Origin: a virus | Lineage: Duplodnaviria > Caudoviricetes | IMG/VR virus record: IMGVR_UViG_3300007074_000016 | Coordinates: 1 to 51,760 of that record | Direction: 5' to 3' (one strand) | DNA length: 51,760 bases | Shown: positions 27,036-35,690 of the stretch, piece by piece | Layout of the letters: each line of letters begins with the position of its first letter | How positions within the stretch are numbered: position 1 is the first letter of the stretch | The notes under the pieces: model-generated | Databases searched by the model: none | What the model saw: the letters and a program-made list of their open reading frames with translations, nothing else | What the model was told of the DNA's origin: nothing | Position numbers and translations under genes: made by a program

Positions 27036-27266
27036 TCAGTCTTCCTCGTGCATTTCTTCATGATCTTTTGCCATGGCTGTTGCCAAAGCCCATTCACGCT
27101 CTTCTTTTTGGCCTTTTAAGGCTTTTAAATTACCTTCACTCCATCGGGGGATTTCACCTTGCGAATGACATTCTACACATTGTAAAATAATTTCGTCACC
27201 TTCCCATGAAGAACGAGTAAAACCATTACCTTTACAAGAAGGACATATAACTTTGTTTAATTCCAT
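27036..27266 (-). CDS. DnaJ-type zinc-finger small protein
   Basis: CPSCKGNG ... CVECHSQG. Confidence 0.75.
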   Translation of the reverse strand: MELNKVICPSCKGNGFTRSSWEGDEIILQCVECHSQGEIPRWSEGNLKALKGQKEEREWALATAMAKDHEEMHEED

Positions 27267-27278
27267 AATCTCTCACCC

Positions 27279-27581
27279 CTATACGTTAATGGTTAAATGT
27301 GTGTTGTTAAGTTTCGTGTCTTCAACACCATTAAGATCAACGATTGTATATAACACGCCATTATAGTCTGGATTTTTACAAAACTCATCTAAAGTTATTG
27401 TAGTACCAGGTCTATATTTCATCAAATGTGCGTGAAACGCTTTTGTATCATTTTTTAATTCAACAATTTTTCCTGATTGGTCGGCAGTTCCTGACTGTTT
27501 AAAGGCCATGCCATCTATCTTTAGAATTGTTAACATTTCTGTTGGTGCATCAAAGCTCCAACTTATTTTAGCTATGCTCAT
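27279..27581 (-). CDS. Hypothetical protein
   Basis: 100 aa, AGGAGG RBS. Confidence 0.7.
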   Translation of the reverse strand: MSIAKISWSFDAPTEMLTILKIDGMAFKQSGTADQSGKIVELKNDTKAFHAHLMKYRPGTTITLDEFCKNPDYNGVLYTIVDLNGVEDTKLNNTHLTINV

Positions 27582-27733
27582 TAAGCCTTCCTCCTTGTTT
27601 GCTTTTTACTTTCTTTTAAAACTAGCTCTGTAATTTGCATACCGACTGATCGGTTAGTTGCCTCCGCTAATTGTTTTAGTTTTTCGTATGTGTCTATTTT
27701 TACAGCAACAGACTTGAACTTTAATATGTTCAT
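27581..27733 (-). CDS. Ribbon-helix-helix (Arc/CopG-like) DNA-binding protein
   Basis: Not in track. MNILKFKSVAVKIDTYEKLKQLAEATNRSVGMQITELVLKESKKQTRRKA; ATGA and TAATG overlaps with both neighbours. Confidence 0.8.
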   Translation of the reverse strand: MNILKFKSVAVKIDTYEKLKQLAEATNRSVGMQITELVLKESKKQTRRKA

Positions 27734-28023
27734 GCTTTTTTCCTTTCTGAGGTTTCGTCATTAGTAACTTTTTCGTAGTCACCAAGATCGAGTTGGAGTT
27801 GATTAGAGTCGTGAGCCACGAATGGAGTAAATTGGCGCCCTGAATTGTTAGCAAGTGTCTGCCATGTCTTTGCGTTGTCATGATAAAATCTTGCCATTTC
27901 AAAATCACCCATTCTTTCACATTCTTTAGCTCTTTCATAATTTGTTCGAGAACGTGTTAGTCGAAGACCAAAACGATAGCCTTCTTTAAACGTTAATTCG
28001 AATTCACTTTTTAATGTGGTCAT
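27730..28023 (-). CDS. Hypothetical protein
   Basis: 97 aa, AGAAAGGA RBS, first gene after P5. Confidence 0.75.
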   Translation of the reverse strand: MTTLKSEFELTFKEGYRFGLRLTRSRTNYERAKECERMGDFEMARFYHDNAKTWQTLANNSGRQFTPFVAHDSNQLQLDLGDYEKVTNDETSERKKA

Positions 28024-28034
28024 TATATCCTTTC

Positions 28035-28076
28035 TAAATATATGGGATAGGATATATAAATATATGGGATTGTCAA
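28035..28076 (-). promoter_or_regulatory. Sigma70-type promoter P5 with 14 bp direct repeat
   Basis: TTGACA-16 nt-TATCCT; ATCCCATATATTTA twice (28035-28048, 28057-28070). Confidence 0.75.
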
Positions 28077-28095
28077 CTCCCTAAATAATTACTAT

Positions 28096-28269
28096 TTAGA
28101 TAGATTTTCTACGAATATCGGTATGATTAGGGAATTTTTTATCAATTAACCAACAGTTGTATGCGTACTGCCAGTCACTTCCAAATTCATATCTGCAATA
28201 TTGTTTGACACCATCATCTAAATATTTATTAGGATTTGATTTAAATAATTTTTTTAATGTGTTTAACAT
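28096..28269 (-). CDS. 57 aa hypothetical protein
   Basis: MLNTLKKLFKSNPNKYLDDGVKQYCRYEFGSDWQYAYNCW... Confidence 0.6.
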   Translation of the reverse strand: MLNTLKKLFKSNPNKYLDDGVKQYCRYEFGSDWQYAYNCWLIDKKFPNHTDIRRKSI

Positions 28270-28334
28270 AAGCTCTTTATAAATCGTTTTTATAAAATGA
28301 CTTGTGTTATTTTTGCAGGTCTACTGTTACTTAA

Positions 28335-28574
28335 TTATTTGTCTAAACATAAACCATTATCTAAAACAACTTTTTCATCTGTTTCAATCCATACTCTAGC
28401 ACCACAAGATAAAGGTTTATCAGGACTGTATATAATTTTAGAAGGTCCTTCTATTTTTACTTCATGAGCATAATTGTTTGAGTTAGAAGTTTTAACTGTA
28501 ATCACAGGTTCTTTAACATTATTTTTTATATTAGATCTAATCTTATGTTGATTTATATGTATTCTTTTTTTCAT
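28335..28574 (-). CDS. Conserved-type phage hypothetical protein
   Basis: IHINQH...PVITVK...PDKPLSCGARVWIET. Confidence 0.75.
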   Translation of the reverse strand: MKKRIHINQHKIRSNIKNNVKEPVITVKTSNSNNYAHEVKIEGPSKIIYSPDKPLSCGARVWIETDEKVVLDNGLCLDK

Positions 28575-30470
28575 TTATTTACCTGCCTCTCCCCAGTTAT
28601 CTCCTAATTCTACATCAACTTTACTTGGTACTAAAAGTTCAACACATGTTTCCATGATCTCTTTAATTTTTTTAGAATCTTTACCACACTTACCTACACT
28701 AAAATCTAATTCATCATGGACTTGTATATGTGCAAGATAACCTTCTTTGTGTAACTCTACCATAGCTTTCTTTGTTTGGTCTGCAGCTGATCCTTGAATT
28801 AATCTATTTAATGATTTGTATGTCCAGGCTCTTTTAATTGTATGCTCACCATATTCTCTTTGGGCTTCTGCCAATGGTAAAGCTTTTGATCCCCATTCGT
28901 TTGTTGGTTCCCATAAATCAAAACGACATCTTCTACCAAGAAGAGTTCTAAGAAAACCTTTCTTACCAGCAGATGCCATTGTTCTATTCATCAATTGTTT
29001 TACAAAAGGTACGCGCTCATGATACGTAGCTAATAAGTCTGATGCATCTTCTAAATTTAAACCTAACTGAGACATAAGCTTTCCTTTACCCATGCCATAG
29101 AATAATCCTAAATTAATTGTCTTAGCTTGTTTACGATCAATGCCTGCCATGTCACTTACTAGCGTATGAAAATCTGTTTCGGGGTCCGTGGAATAAGCTT
29201 CGGCAAACTCAGTTGCGCCAGGCAATCCTCCTGTATTACTTCCAGTGAGAGCTGCATAATGAACAACAAGTCTAGGTTCTTGCTGTGAGTAATCAAAGAT
29301 ACCCCAGTCTTGCCCGTCTTCTGGTATAAAAATAGATCGAATCATAGGGCCAAGAATAGCGTTTCTTGCTGGGATCTGCTGAAGGTTAGGATTACTATAA
29401 CTAAATCGTCCTGTTACAGTTCCTCCTTGATCAGATCGCATTTGATGTATCTCAGCATGAATACGACCCTTGATAGAATGTTTTAAAATCGTATCAATAA
29501 AAGTTGTTCTTGCTTTATTTATTTCCCTTGCTTCCACAACCATCTTCGCAAGAGGAGACTGATGACTTGACAAAAAGTTTTTATCAAATTTTGGTTGACC
29601 TGTTGGTGTGCGTTCATAAGGAATCTGTAGTGCATCAAATGCTTTTGAAACGCTAGATGCTGCCCATACTTCCACATTGAAACCCGAGAGCTTTTTGATC
29701 GAACCCATGATCTTATTTTCTTGTTTTTGTAAATCACTTTTAATCCTTTCTGCTTTGTCTGTGTCTACTCTTACTCCCTTCATCTTCATCTCGAAGAGAA
29801 CGGGAAATAAATCTATCTCTAACTCAAATATATTTGTGAGTCCTTGCTTTACAATTTCTTTTTTTAAATGATGCCATAGTCGAAGAGTAACAGCAGCGTC
29901 TTGCTCTGCATAGTCTCCAACGTGAGATGCGGGTAACTTCCACATTTCTGATTTGGGATTTAATCCCCAAGCTTTTGCCGCTTCATAGAGTTGGGTTTCC
30001 GCTTTTGACTCTTGTAGATAATCTTTTGCTAATGAGTTTAGATCAAAACGAAACCGGTTCTCGTCCACAAGTGGTGCGGCAATTAAAGTGTCAATGATTT
30101 TACCTTTGATGTCAATGTCTAAAGTTTTTAACCAACCAACATCATAGAAAGCATTGTGAAAAATGTAGTTGACATTTTCGTAAGAACATTGTTTGCGTAA
30201 CCACTTTGTAACAACCTTTTTATCCATGTTGGGCGGTGTTTCGTGGGCAATGGGATAATAACCTTGCCAACCGTCTACTGCAATTGCAATACCGATGACT
30301 TCACCATCTCTTCTCATGTAGCCAGGGCCACTTGTTTGTATGCCTGGATCTCTTGTTTCTAAGTCGATAGCTATTTCATCATAACCTGATAGATCAGGAA
30401 AATGATCGGGCATAACCCATTCACTAGGCATGCGATGAACTTTAGGAAACCAGTTACTTTGTTCTTTCAC
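28575..30470 (-). CDS. polA: DNA polymerase family A with 3'-5' exonuclease, Leu762 variant
   Basis: Exo IAIDLET, FHNA.YD; TGRFS..PNLQQIP; motif A DYSQQEPR; motif B RKQAKTINLGLFYG; motif C VHDEL. Confidence 0.95.
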   Translation of the reverse strand: MKEQSNWFPKVHRMPSEWVMPDHFPDLSGYDEIAIDLETRDPGIQTSGPGYMRRDGEVIGIAIAVDGWQGYYPIAHETPPNMDKKVVTKWLRKQCSYENVNYIFHNAFYDVGWLKTLDIDIKGKIIDTLIAAPLVDENRFRFDLNSLAKDYLQESKAETQLYEAAKAWGLNPKSEMWKLPASHVGDYAEQDAAVTLRLWHHLKKEIVKQGLTNIFELEIDLFPVLFEMKMKGVRVDTDKAERIKSDLQKQENKIMGSIKKLSGFNVEVWAASSVSKAFDALQIPYERTPTGQPKFDKNFLSSHQSPLAKMVVEAREINKARTTFIDTILKHSIKGRIHAEIHQMRSDQGGTVTGRFSYSNPNLQQIPARNAILGPMIRSIFIPEDGQDWGIFDYSQQEPRLVVHYAALTGSNTGGLPGATEFAEAYSTDPETDFHTLVSDMAGIDRKQAKTINLGLFYGMGKGKLMSQLGLNLEDASDLLATYHERVPFVKQLMNRTMASAGKKGFLRTLLGRRCRFDLWEPTNEWGSKALPLAEAQREYGEHTIKRAWTYKSLNRLIQGSAADQTKKAMVELHKEGYLAHIQVHDELDFSVGKCGKDSKKIKEIMETCVELLVPSKVDVELGDNWGEAGK

Positions 30471-30720
30471 TAATCTCTCCAGCGATGGCTAAATATGCGG
30501 CAGCATCTGTGTAGTTGTCTTTTTTCTGTTTGTGCATTGACCTGGCTACCTTTAATAAGGCCATGCACATCGCTACGTCATGAGCAGATATAGTCTTTCG
30601 GAGGAAAATTGACCATAACGCAGCAATGTTTTGATGGGTTTCTAATATATCCCCGTAATCTTTATTGCGGTCATTACTTGTTAACCTAATAGCTTCTTCT
30701 AAAAATTCTTTTGTTATCAT
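30454..30720 (-). CDS. DUF6378-like small protein
   Basis: DRNKDYG...IA.LW...VAMCM.LLKVAR...DNY.D.A.Y. Confidence 0.7.
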   Translation of the reverse strand: MITKEFLEEAIRLTSNDRNKDYGDILETHQNIAALWSIFLRKTISAHDVAMCMALLKVARSMHKQKKDNYTDAAAYLAIAGEISERTK

Positions 30721-32354
30721 ACTTGCCTTTCATAATGGAATATTGGTTCATATTCAAATTGTCCTTCTGTTCTGTGAACGATATGCAATTCTTCTTTTGC
30801 TCTCGTTGCTCCTACATAAAATACTCTAGCCTCATCATCTCTGCCTTGCTGGCTTTCGATGTAAGAAGAATAAGGTCCATAAGATAGATCTGTTAACAAC
30901 ATAACTTTTTGTCGTTCCCCACCTTTTGAAGCATGAATAGTAGATACTTCAATACGAGGCACTGCATCTAACTTATTTCCTGAACGCATGACAGCACGCA
31001 AATATTTTATTTTATTTTGCAATCCTTTAGAATTTAACATGTCATACCAAGCTATTTCTTTTACACTTACTTCTTTTTCTGTAGTTACTTTAATGTAATC
31101 TCTTAAACCAAAATCCGCAACAAGAGTTTCTAAATTAAATGATCCTTCTGGCTTTCCTTTAAATACTCCGTAATTTCTTTTTATTCTAGTGCTATCCATA
31201 TGCTTGTAAATAATATCACATTGAATACCAGAAATTGTTTTTCCGTTCTGTAATTCTGTCCAGGCACGAATAGCTTCTATGTAATTAAAACTAATTACTG
31301 ATTGTCCATACCTTTTATACAACCAACCGTACATTTCCAGTGATTCGCACACTTGTTTGACGATTTCATGCGTTCTACAGAGAATTAACCACTCTCCAGA
31401 GGCTAATCCTTGATTTAAGGACCGTACAGAGTGTGTTTGTCTTTTACCAGTATGATTCGTTGGCAAATATTGCTTAGGGATGCGTCTTGAGATCGAATTT
31501 GCCAATTTTGTAGCTAAACTATGTACTTCAAATGGGATTCTGTATGATTGTGTCAAAGGAATAATCGTGTTGTTAGATTTTTCATCTGCCATATCTATAA
31601 AATGTTCAATGTCAGCTCCAGCCCATCTAAAAATTGCCTGATCATCGTCTCCAGCTACATAAGTTTCTAAAGCTCCTGATTGTTTTTGTATCATATCCAC
31701 AACCTTCCATTGTTGTGCAGATAAATCCTGTGCTTCATCTATAAATAAATATTTTAATTGTGGAGGATTTTCTTTTTTTAAAAATTCTGTGAAGTAATCT
31801 ACATACTCATGTTTATTTCTATCTGTTTTAAATTTTTTAAGATCTATCTCCATTTGTTGGATCATCTTACGGGCTCCGTAACTATTTAATTTAGTATCTA
31901 TAAATACCTTATCTAATCTATTTTCATCATCCGGGTACTTTGCATAAGCTAAATTAATGATGTCCTGATACTCACTCTTAGCTGTAGGCATAGAAATATC
32001 TACACCATTCCCTTTACGCATTTTATTCACATACTGATGTCCCGTGATCCGAGATAACTCACTATAGTCAAAATCATCCATAATACTTTCCTGTGATAGC
32101 TGTAGCCTTCTGTAAGCCAGGGAATGAAGAGTAGAGAAATATGGGAAAAGAACTTTTATAGCATCTTTATCGTAATTCTGGCCAAAGCTTTGCGCTATTC
32201 TATCTCTAATCTCTTCTGCTGCTTTTACCGTAAAACTAAAATAACCTATTTCTTTCGAACTACATAGACCCTCCTCAATAAGAGACTTAACTTTATTTTT
32301 AAGATAAGTTGTTTTTCCTGTGCCTGGTGGTCCTATAACTATGTGTCTACGCAT
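30717..32354 (-). CDS. SF1 UvrD/Rep-like helicase
   Basis: GPPGTGKT, IDEAQD, GDDDQAIF, LTQSYR, STIHASKGGE, YVGATRAK. Confidence 0.92.
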   Translation of the reverse strand: MRRHIVIGPPGTGKTTYLKNKVKSLIEEGLCSSKEIGYFSFTVKAAEEIRDRIAQSFGQNYDKDAIKVLFPYFSTLHSLAYRRLQLSQESIMDDFDYSELSRITGHQYVNKMRKGNGVDISMPTAKSEYQDIINLAYAKYPDDENRLDKVFIDTKLNSYGARKMIQQMEIDLKKFKTDRNKHEYVDYFTEFLKKENPPQLKYLFIDEAQDLSAQQWKVVDMIQKQSGALETYVAGDDDQAIFRWAGADIEHFIDMADEKSNNTIIPLTQSYRIPFEVHSLATKLANSISRRIPKQYLPTNHTGKRQTHSVRSLNQGLASGEWLILCRTHEIVKQVCESLEMYGWLYKRYGQSVISFNYIEAIRAWTELQNGKTISGIQCDIIYKHMDSTRIKRNYGVFKGKPEGSFNLETLVADFGLRDYIKVTTEKEVSVKEIAWYDMLNSKGLQNKIKYLRAVMRSGNKLDAVPRIEVSTIHASKGGERQKVMLLTDLSYGPYSSYIESQQGRDDEARVFYVGATRAKEELHIVHRTEGQFEYEPIFHYERQV

Positions 32355-33883
32355 TAGTATGGATCTTCCTCTTTAAAGTCTTTTTCACTGACTTCATACT
32401 CAGTACCTAAAATATTATTAGGTATTTTCCAGACATGCTCTGATTTATTAACAACTTTAAGCTTTGCTGTTTTACCTCCAAACTCTGAAAATAATTTATA
32501 TTGGTGTGAATCTGATATTTTATTAAATCTTTTAGCTTTTAAAAAGTCTCTAAAGACCTGTGGTTTAAAAAAGAAAGCGTCTTCGACTTCGAATACTTGA
32601 CCTAACAATACATCCTGTCTATCTTTAGCTCCTTTGTTATTCTCAATAAATATTTGTAATTGAGCCAGGAATTGACCTTTAAAGGATACCTCTCCAGGCA
32701 GTTGTATAAAGTCACCTTCACCCATATTCTTTAGTAATCCGTCTACCATGTCTGCCCATACTGCAGGGGCCACAGGTCTTGGACTTATGTCCGCTTGACC
32801 TATACAAGCTTTACGATATTCAGCGTGACTTGAGAGTTGGTCAACAGTTAAGATAATAACTTTACCATTATGTGTAAGCTCATACATTGGGTTGTCGGAT
32901 ACCCACTTCTTTAAACTTGTAATGTCGTCTTTACCAGCATTTCCTATACCAAACTTTTGTGACTGACATCTAATTTTCTCACATACAGATTTAAAGGTAG
33001 GCTCTTCACACCTATAAAAATATTTACTATCCTGTACTTGTTTATAAATTGTTTGTACTTCTCTACTTGGTAGAGGTGGTTTAAAATATTTACGATTATA
33101 CTCATCTAGCTTATCTTCTATCTCATTAGGAAATCTATTGCGTAAATAAATACCCATTTGAAATAGGGACATGTTCCGTGATCCCTCGCTAAAGCCTTGT
33201 TCAGCAAGAGTCAATAAACAAGGAGGGGCTCCTTTAAAATCGTCTTTATTATTTTGAGTAACTGGTTTTTCTACTTTAATTTCTTTAATATTTTCAATAA
33301 CCTTAGTTTCGTAGAAAGCACAAAACTCTGAAAGTTCTATTAAGGCTTCTCCCTTATCATCAAAAGCGTACCGTGTAGGATATTCTGGATGGTTATAAGG
33401 TAAGTTTAAAAAGTTACCTGTTCCTTTAGAATTTAATTCTATTTGTTTGGGAAAGATTTCTGATCCACCATAACCTAGCCAGGCAGATATTTCTGTAAGT
33501 TTCATTTGCATTTCTTTTGCAGTTGCTGGTTGTCTCACAAATAAAAAAATATGAGCTCCACCACTTTTTGACTTACAAACAATTAAAGGAAAGTTTTTAG
33601 TTTGAATTTTTTTAATTAATGCCTTGTGATCTAAGCCATCATAAGAGTCAATATCGATTGCTCCCCAGGTACATGTATTATCATCTCTTATAGGAATTAT
33701 TCCTAAACTAGGCTCACGACCTTCTAAATGATCTAACCATTTTTCTTTTGTTAAATTTTCTTTTTCAATCCAGGACTTGGCTTCAAGTTTGCCTGATTCA
33801 TTCTTAGAACGACTTTGTGTCTGACCATAGGCTCTATCCAAGCCACTAAAAATCTCTATAAATTTTTCTTTGTCGTTCATCAA
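32354..33883 (-). CDS. AEP-type primase with PriCT-like domain
   Basis: WGAIDID, SKSGGAH, GNFLNLPY, PPCL...EGSRN..LF. Confidence 0.85.
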   Translation of the reverse strand: MMNDKEKFIEIFSGLDRAYGQTQSRSKNESGKLEAKSWIEKENLTKEKWLDHLEGREPSLGIIPIRDDNTCTWGAIDIDSYDGLDHKALIKKIQTKNFPLIVCKSKSGGAHIFLFVRQPATAKEMQMKLTEISAWLGYGGSEIFPKQIELNSKGTGNFLNLPYNHPEYPTRYAFDDKGEALIELSEFCAFYETKVIENIKEIKVEKPVTQNNKDDFKGAPPCLLTLAEQGFSEGSRNMSLFQMGIYLRNRFPNEIEDKLDEYNRKYFKPPLPSREVQTIYKQVQDSKYFYRCEEPTFKSVCEKIRCQSQKFGIGNAGKDDITSLKKWVSDNPMYELTHNGKVIILTVDQLSSHAEYRKACIGQADISPRPVAPAVWADMVDGLLKNMGEGDFIQLPGEVSFKGQFLAQLQIFIENNKGAKDRQDVLLGQVFEVEDAFFFKPQVFRDFLKAKRFNKISDSHQYKLFSEFGGKTAKLKVVNKSEHVWKIPNNILGTEYEVSEKDFKEEDPY

Positions 33884-33903
33884 TTCTCTTTCTCATTCGT
33901 TTT

Positions 33904-33931
33904 GAAAAGGTGGTTGCAGCACCACCTTTTC
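33904..33931 (-). terminator. Terminator-like hairpin after the putative SSB
   Basis: GAAAAGGTGGT-TGCAGC-ACCACCTTTTC. Confidence 0.7.
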
Positions 33932-33943
33932 ACTAGTTAGTAA

Positions 33944-34723
33944 TTAGTAAGGAGCGTTTTCGCTTACTGTAGTCTCATCTTCATGTTTAACTTTTACTTC
34001 GCCTTTGTCAACACTCTCTTGAAATATTTTTCCTTGAGCGTAGATTTCTTGCTTTTCTACAGGGCCAACTCTATTGATATCCCAGCCAAACCATTGGCCT
34101 TGATCGTTAGATTCTGGTACTGTTGTTAACTTATAAATATGAGAAAAAGTAGGAGGATTAAAGAATCCATTTTTCCCTTGCAATTTTAAACCCAACATCA
34201 AAGAATTCCATCTTTTAGATTTTTTTCTTTGTGTACTCTTCATAGCAACTAATGCTTGTGAAGTTGTACCGTCTTTGCTTAAAATTAATACGTAATGATT
34301 AGCCGTGTACTCAATATAATTACCGTTTGGTAATCTATCTTTGTTGTTATCATCACGCGTTGTTTTAGTAAGTATATTACTACTAACAGGGTGGATGTTT
34401 ACAGGTGCGCCTGTACCTTTACCCCTGTCTGACCATTCAATTAATTGAGGTTGGTAAGCACAAGGTATTACTTGAACACCTTCCTCACCACTATAAAGTT
34501 CTCTGGTCAAAGTGTTAAACATCATACCTACTTCAGCACCCTCAATATATTTAGGTGATCTCTTTTTTACTTCATCATTAGTATCACTAAGAATTCGTAA
34601 AAAAGGTATAGATAGATCTTCAGAGCCTAAGTTAGTTAAGCCCTTACCTGCGTCTTCTTCAAAGACAGAGGTATCGAAAGTGACAATGTTTGTCTCTTCT
34701 TTTTTCTTGACTGCGTTTGTCAT
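33944..34723 (-). CDS. Putative single-stranded DNA-binding protein
   Basis: In replication module, aromatic-rich, acidic C-term ending in PY; followed by a terminator. Confidence 0.55.
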   Translation of the reverse strand: MTNAVKKKEETNIVTFDTSVFEEDAGKGLTNLGSEDLSIPFLRILSDTNDEVKKRSPKYIEGAEVGMMFNTLTRELYSGEEGVQVIPCAYQPQLIEWSDRGKGTGAPVNIHPVSSNILTKTTRDDNNKDRLPNGNYIEYTANHYVLILSKDGTTSQALVAMKSTQRKKSKRWNSLMLGLKLQGKNGFFNPPTFSHIYKLTTVPESNDQGQWFGWDINRVGPVEKQEIYAQGKIFQESVDKGEVKVKHEDETTVSENAPY

Positions 34724-34733
34724 TTTTTACTCC

Positions 34734-35291
34734 TTATGTTTTTCTTGTTATTTTAGTCTTCTGTCCGATGAACAAATTAAATTTATTGTCCGGGATAGAT
34801 TTTCCTTCTTCATGCCACTTTTTAATAGTAGCCTTCAGTGTAGAAGGATGCACTGAAATTTTTACTTCAGGAACAAGGCCCATTTCTTTAATGGTTTCTT
34901 CTAAATGTTTTGCTTTATTGCCTTCTCCCTTACCGAAACTTATACCAACATTATTTTTTATAATGTCTCCTAAACCGTTGGCTTCTAACCAACCATAACA
35001 CTCTTTTGATTTTTCAGGATCTTTTGGAATTGACACATATATATCCTCAACTACTTTTACCTTTGATCCGTCATACATTTCTGTAGCTGTCAAACCTAAT
35101 TCAGCCATTGCTGTAGGTAAAGTCTCACCTGATAGTGTTCTTAAATTTTCTTTTTGCATCTTTAAAGTTTCCTCTAAAGAAGAAATTAATTCTTCTAATT
35201 TTAATTGTTCTTGTAATAAAGAAGATATACTTTTTAAATCTTCTTGTTTAACTTTAGTAACTGCGTGATCTTCAAAATCTATCGGACTCAT
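34734..35291 (-). CDS. Hypothetical replication-module protein
   Basis: Likely start MSPIDF; WL..NGLGDIIKN and VHPSTLKA motifs. Confidence 0.7.
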   Translation of the reverse strand: MSPIDFEDHAVTKVKQEDLKSISSLLQEQLKLEELISSLEETLKMQKENLRTLSGETLPTAMAELGLTATEMYDGSKVKVVEDIYVSIPKDPEKSKECYGWLEANGLGDIIKNNVGISFGKGEGNKAKHLEETIKEMGLVPEVKISVHPSTLKATIKKWHEEGKSIPDNKFNLFIGQKTKITRKT

Positions 35292-35625
35292 CAATTTCAC
35301 CTTTCTCGTTCATGTTTATACTAACAGGATAATAACGTTTTTCTTTTTTATCCCATTTAAGTATTTTAAATTTACCTCTGTTTATATCAGCTGCTACACA
35401 GCCTGCAATAACCATTGCAGCAGGGTCACCCATCATTAAAAGATAATCATCATCACAAAAATCTTTAAGTTTTCTTTTTACTTTTCTAATAGCAGGTTGG
35501 GCACTAAACATAATTTGTGAGCCACTATCAAATAGAACTTCTATTTCTCCGTATGCTTCTGCACTTAAAACATTTACATAAGGATTTTCCTGTACTAAAT
35601 AAACTTTTGGTTTTTTCTGTATCAT
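35272..35625 (-). CDS. Hypothetical protein
   Basis: Likely start MIQKK; DYLLMMGDP and LKWD motifs. Confidence 0.7.
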   Translation of the reverse strand: MIQKKPKVYLVQENPYVNVLSAEAYGEIEVLFDSGSQIMFSAQPAIRKVKRKLKDFCDDDYLLMMGDPAAMVIAGCVAADINRGKFKILKWDKKEKRYYPVSINMNEKGEIDESDRF

Positions 35626-35648
35626 CTTTCTATCTATATATTTACCTC

Positions 35649-35677
35649 TTGATTTTTGATTTGGCAAGTACTATTAT
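35649..35677 (+). promoter_or_regulatory. Sigma70-type promoter in divergent region
   Basis: TTGATT-17 nt-TATTAT upstream of the SNF2 helicase. Confidence 0.6.
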
Positions 35678-35690
35678 TAACTTTTAGAAA

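Noticed and set aside
27654-27938. Track ORF of 94 aa
   Set aside because: Shadow frame overlapping 27730..28023 and the better-supported RHH ORF.
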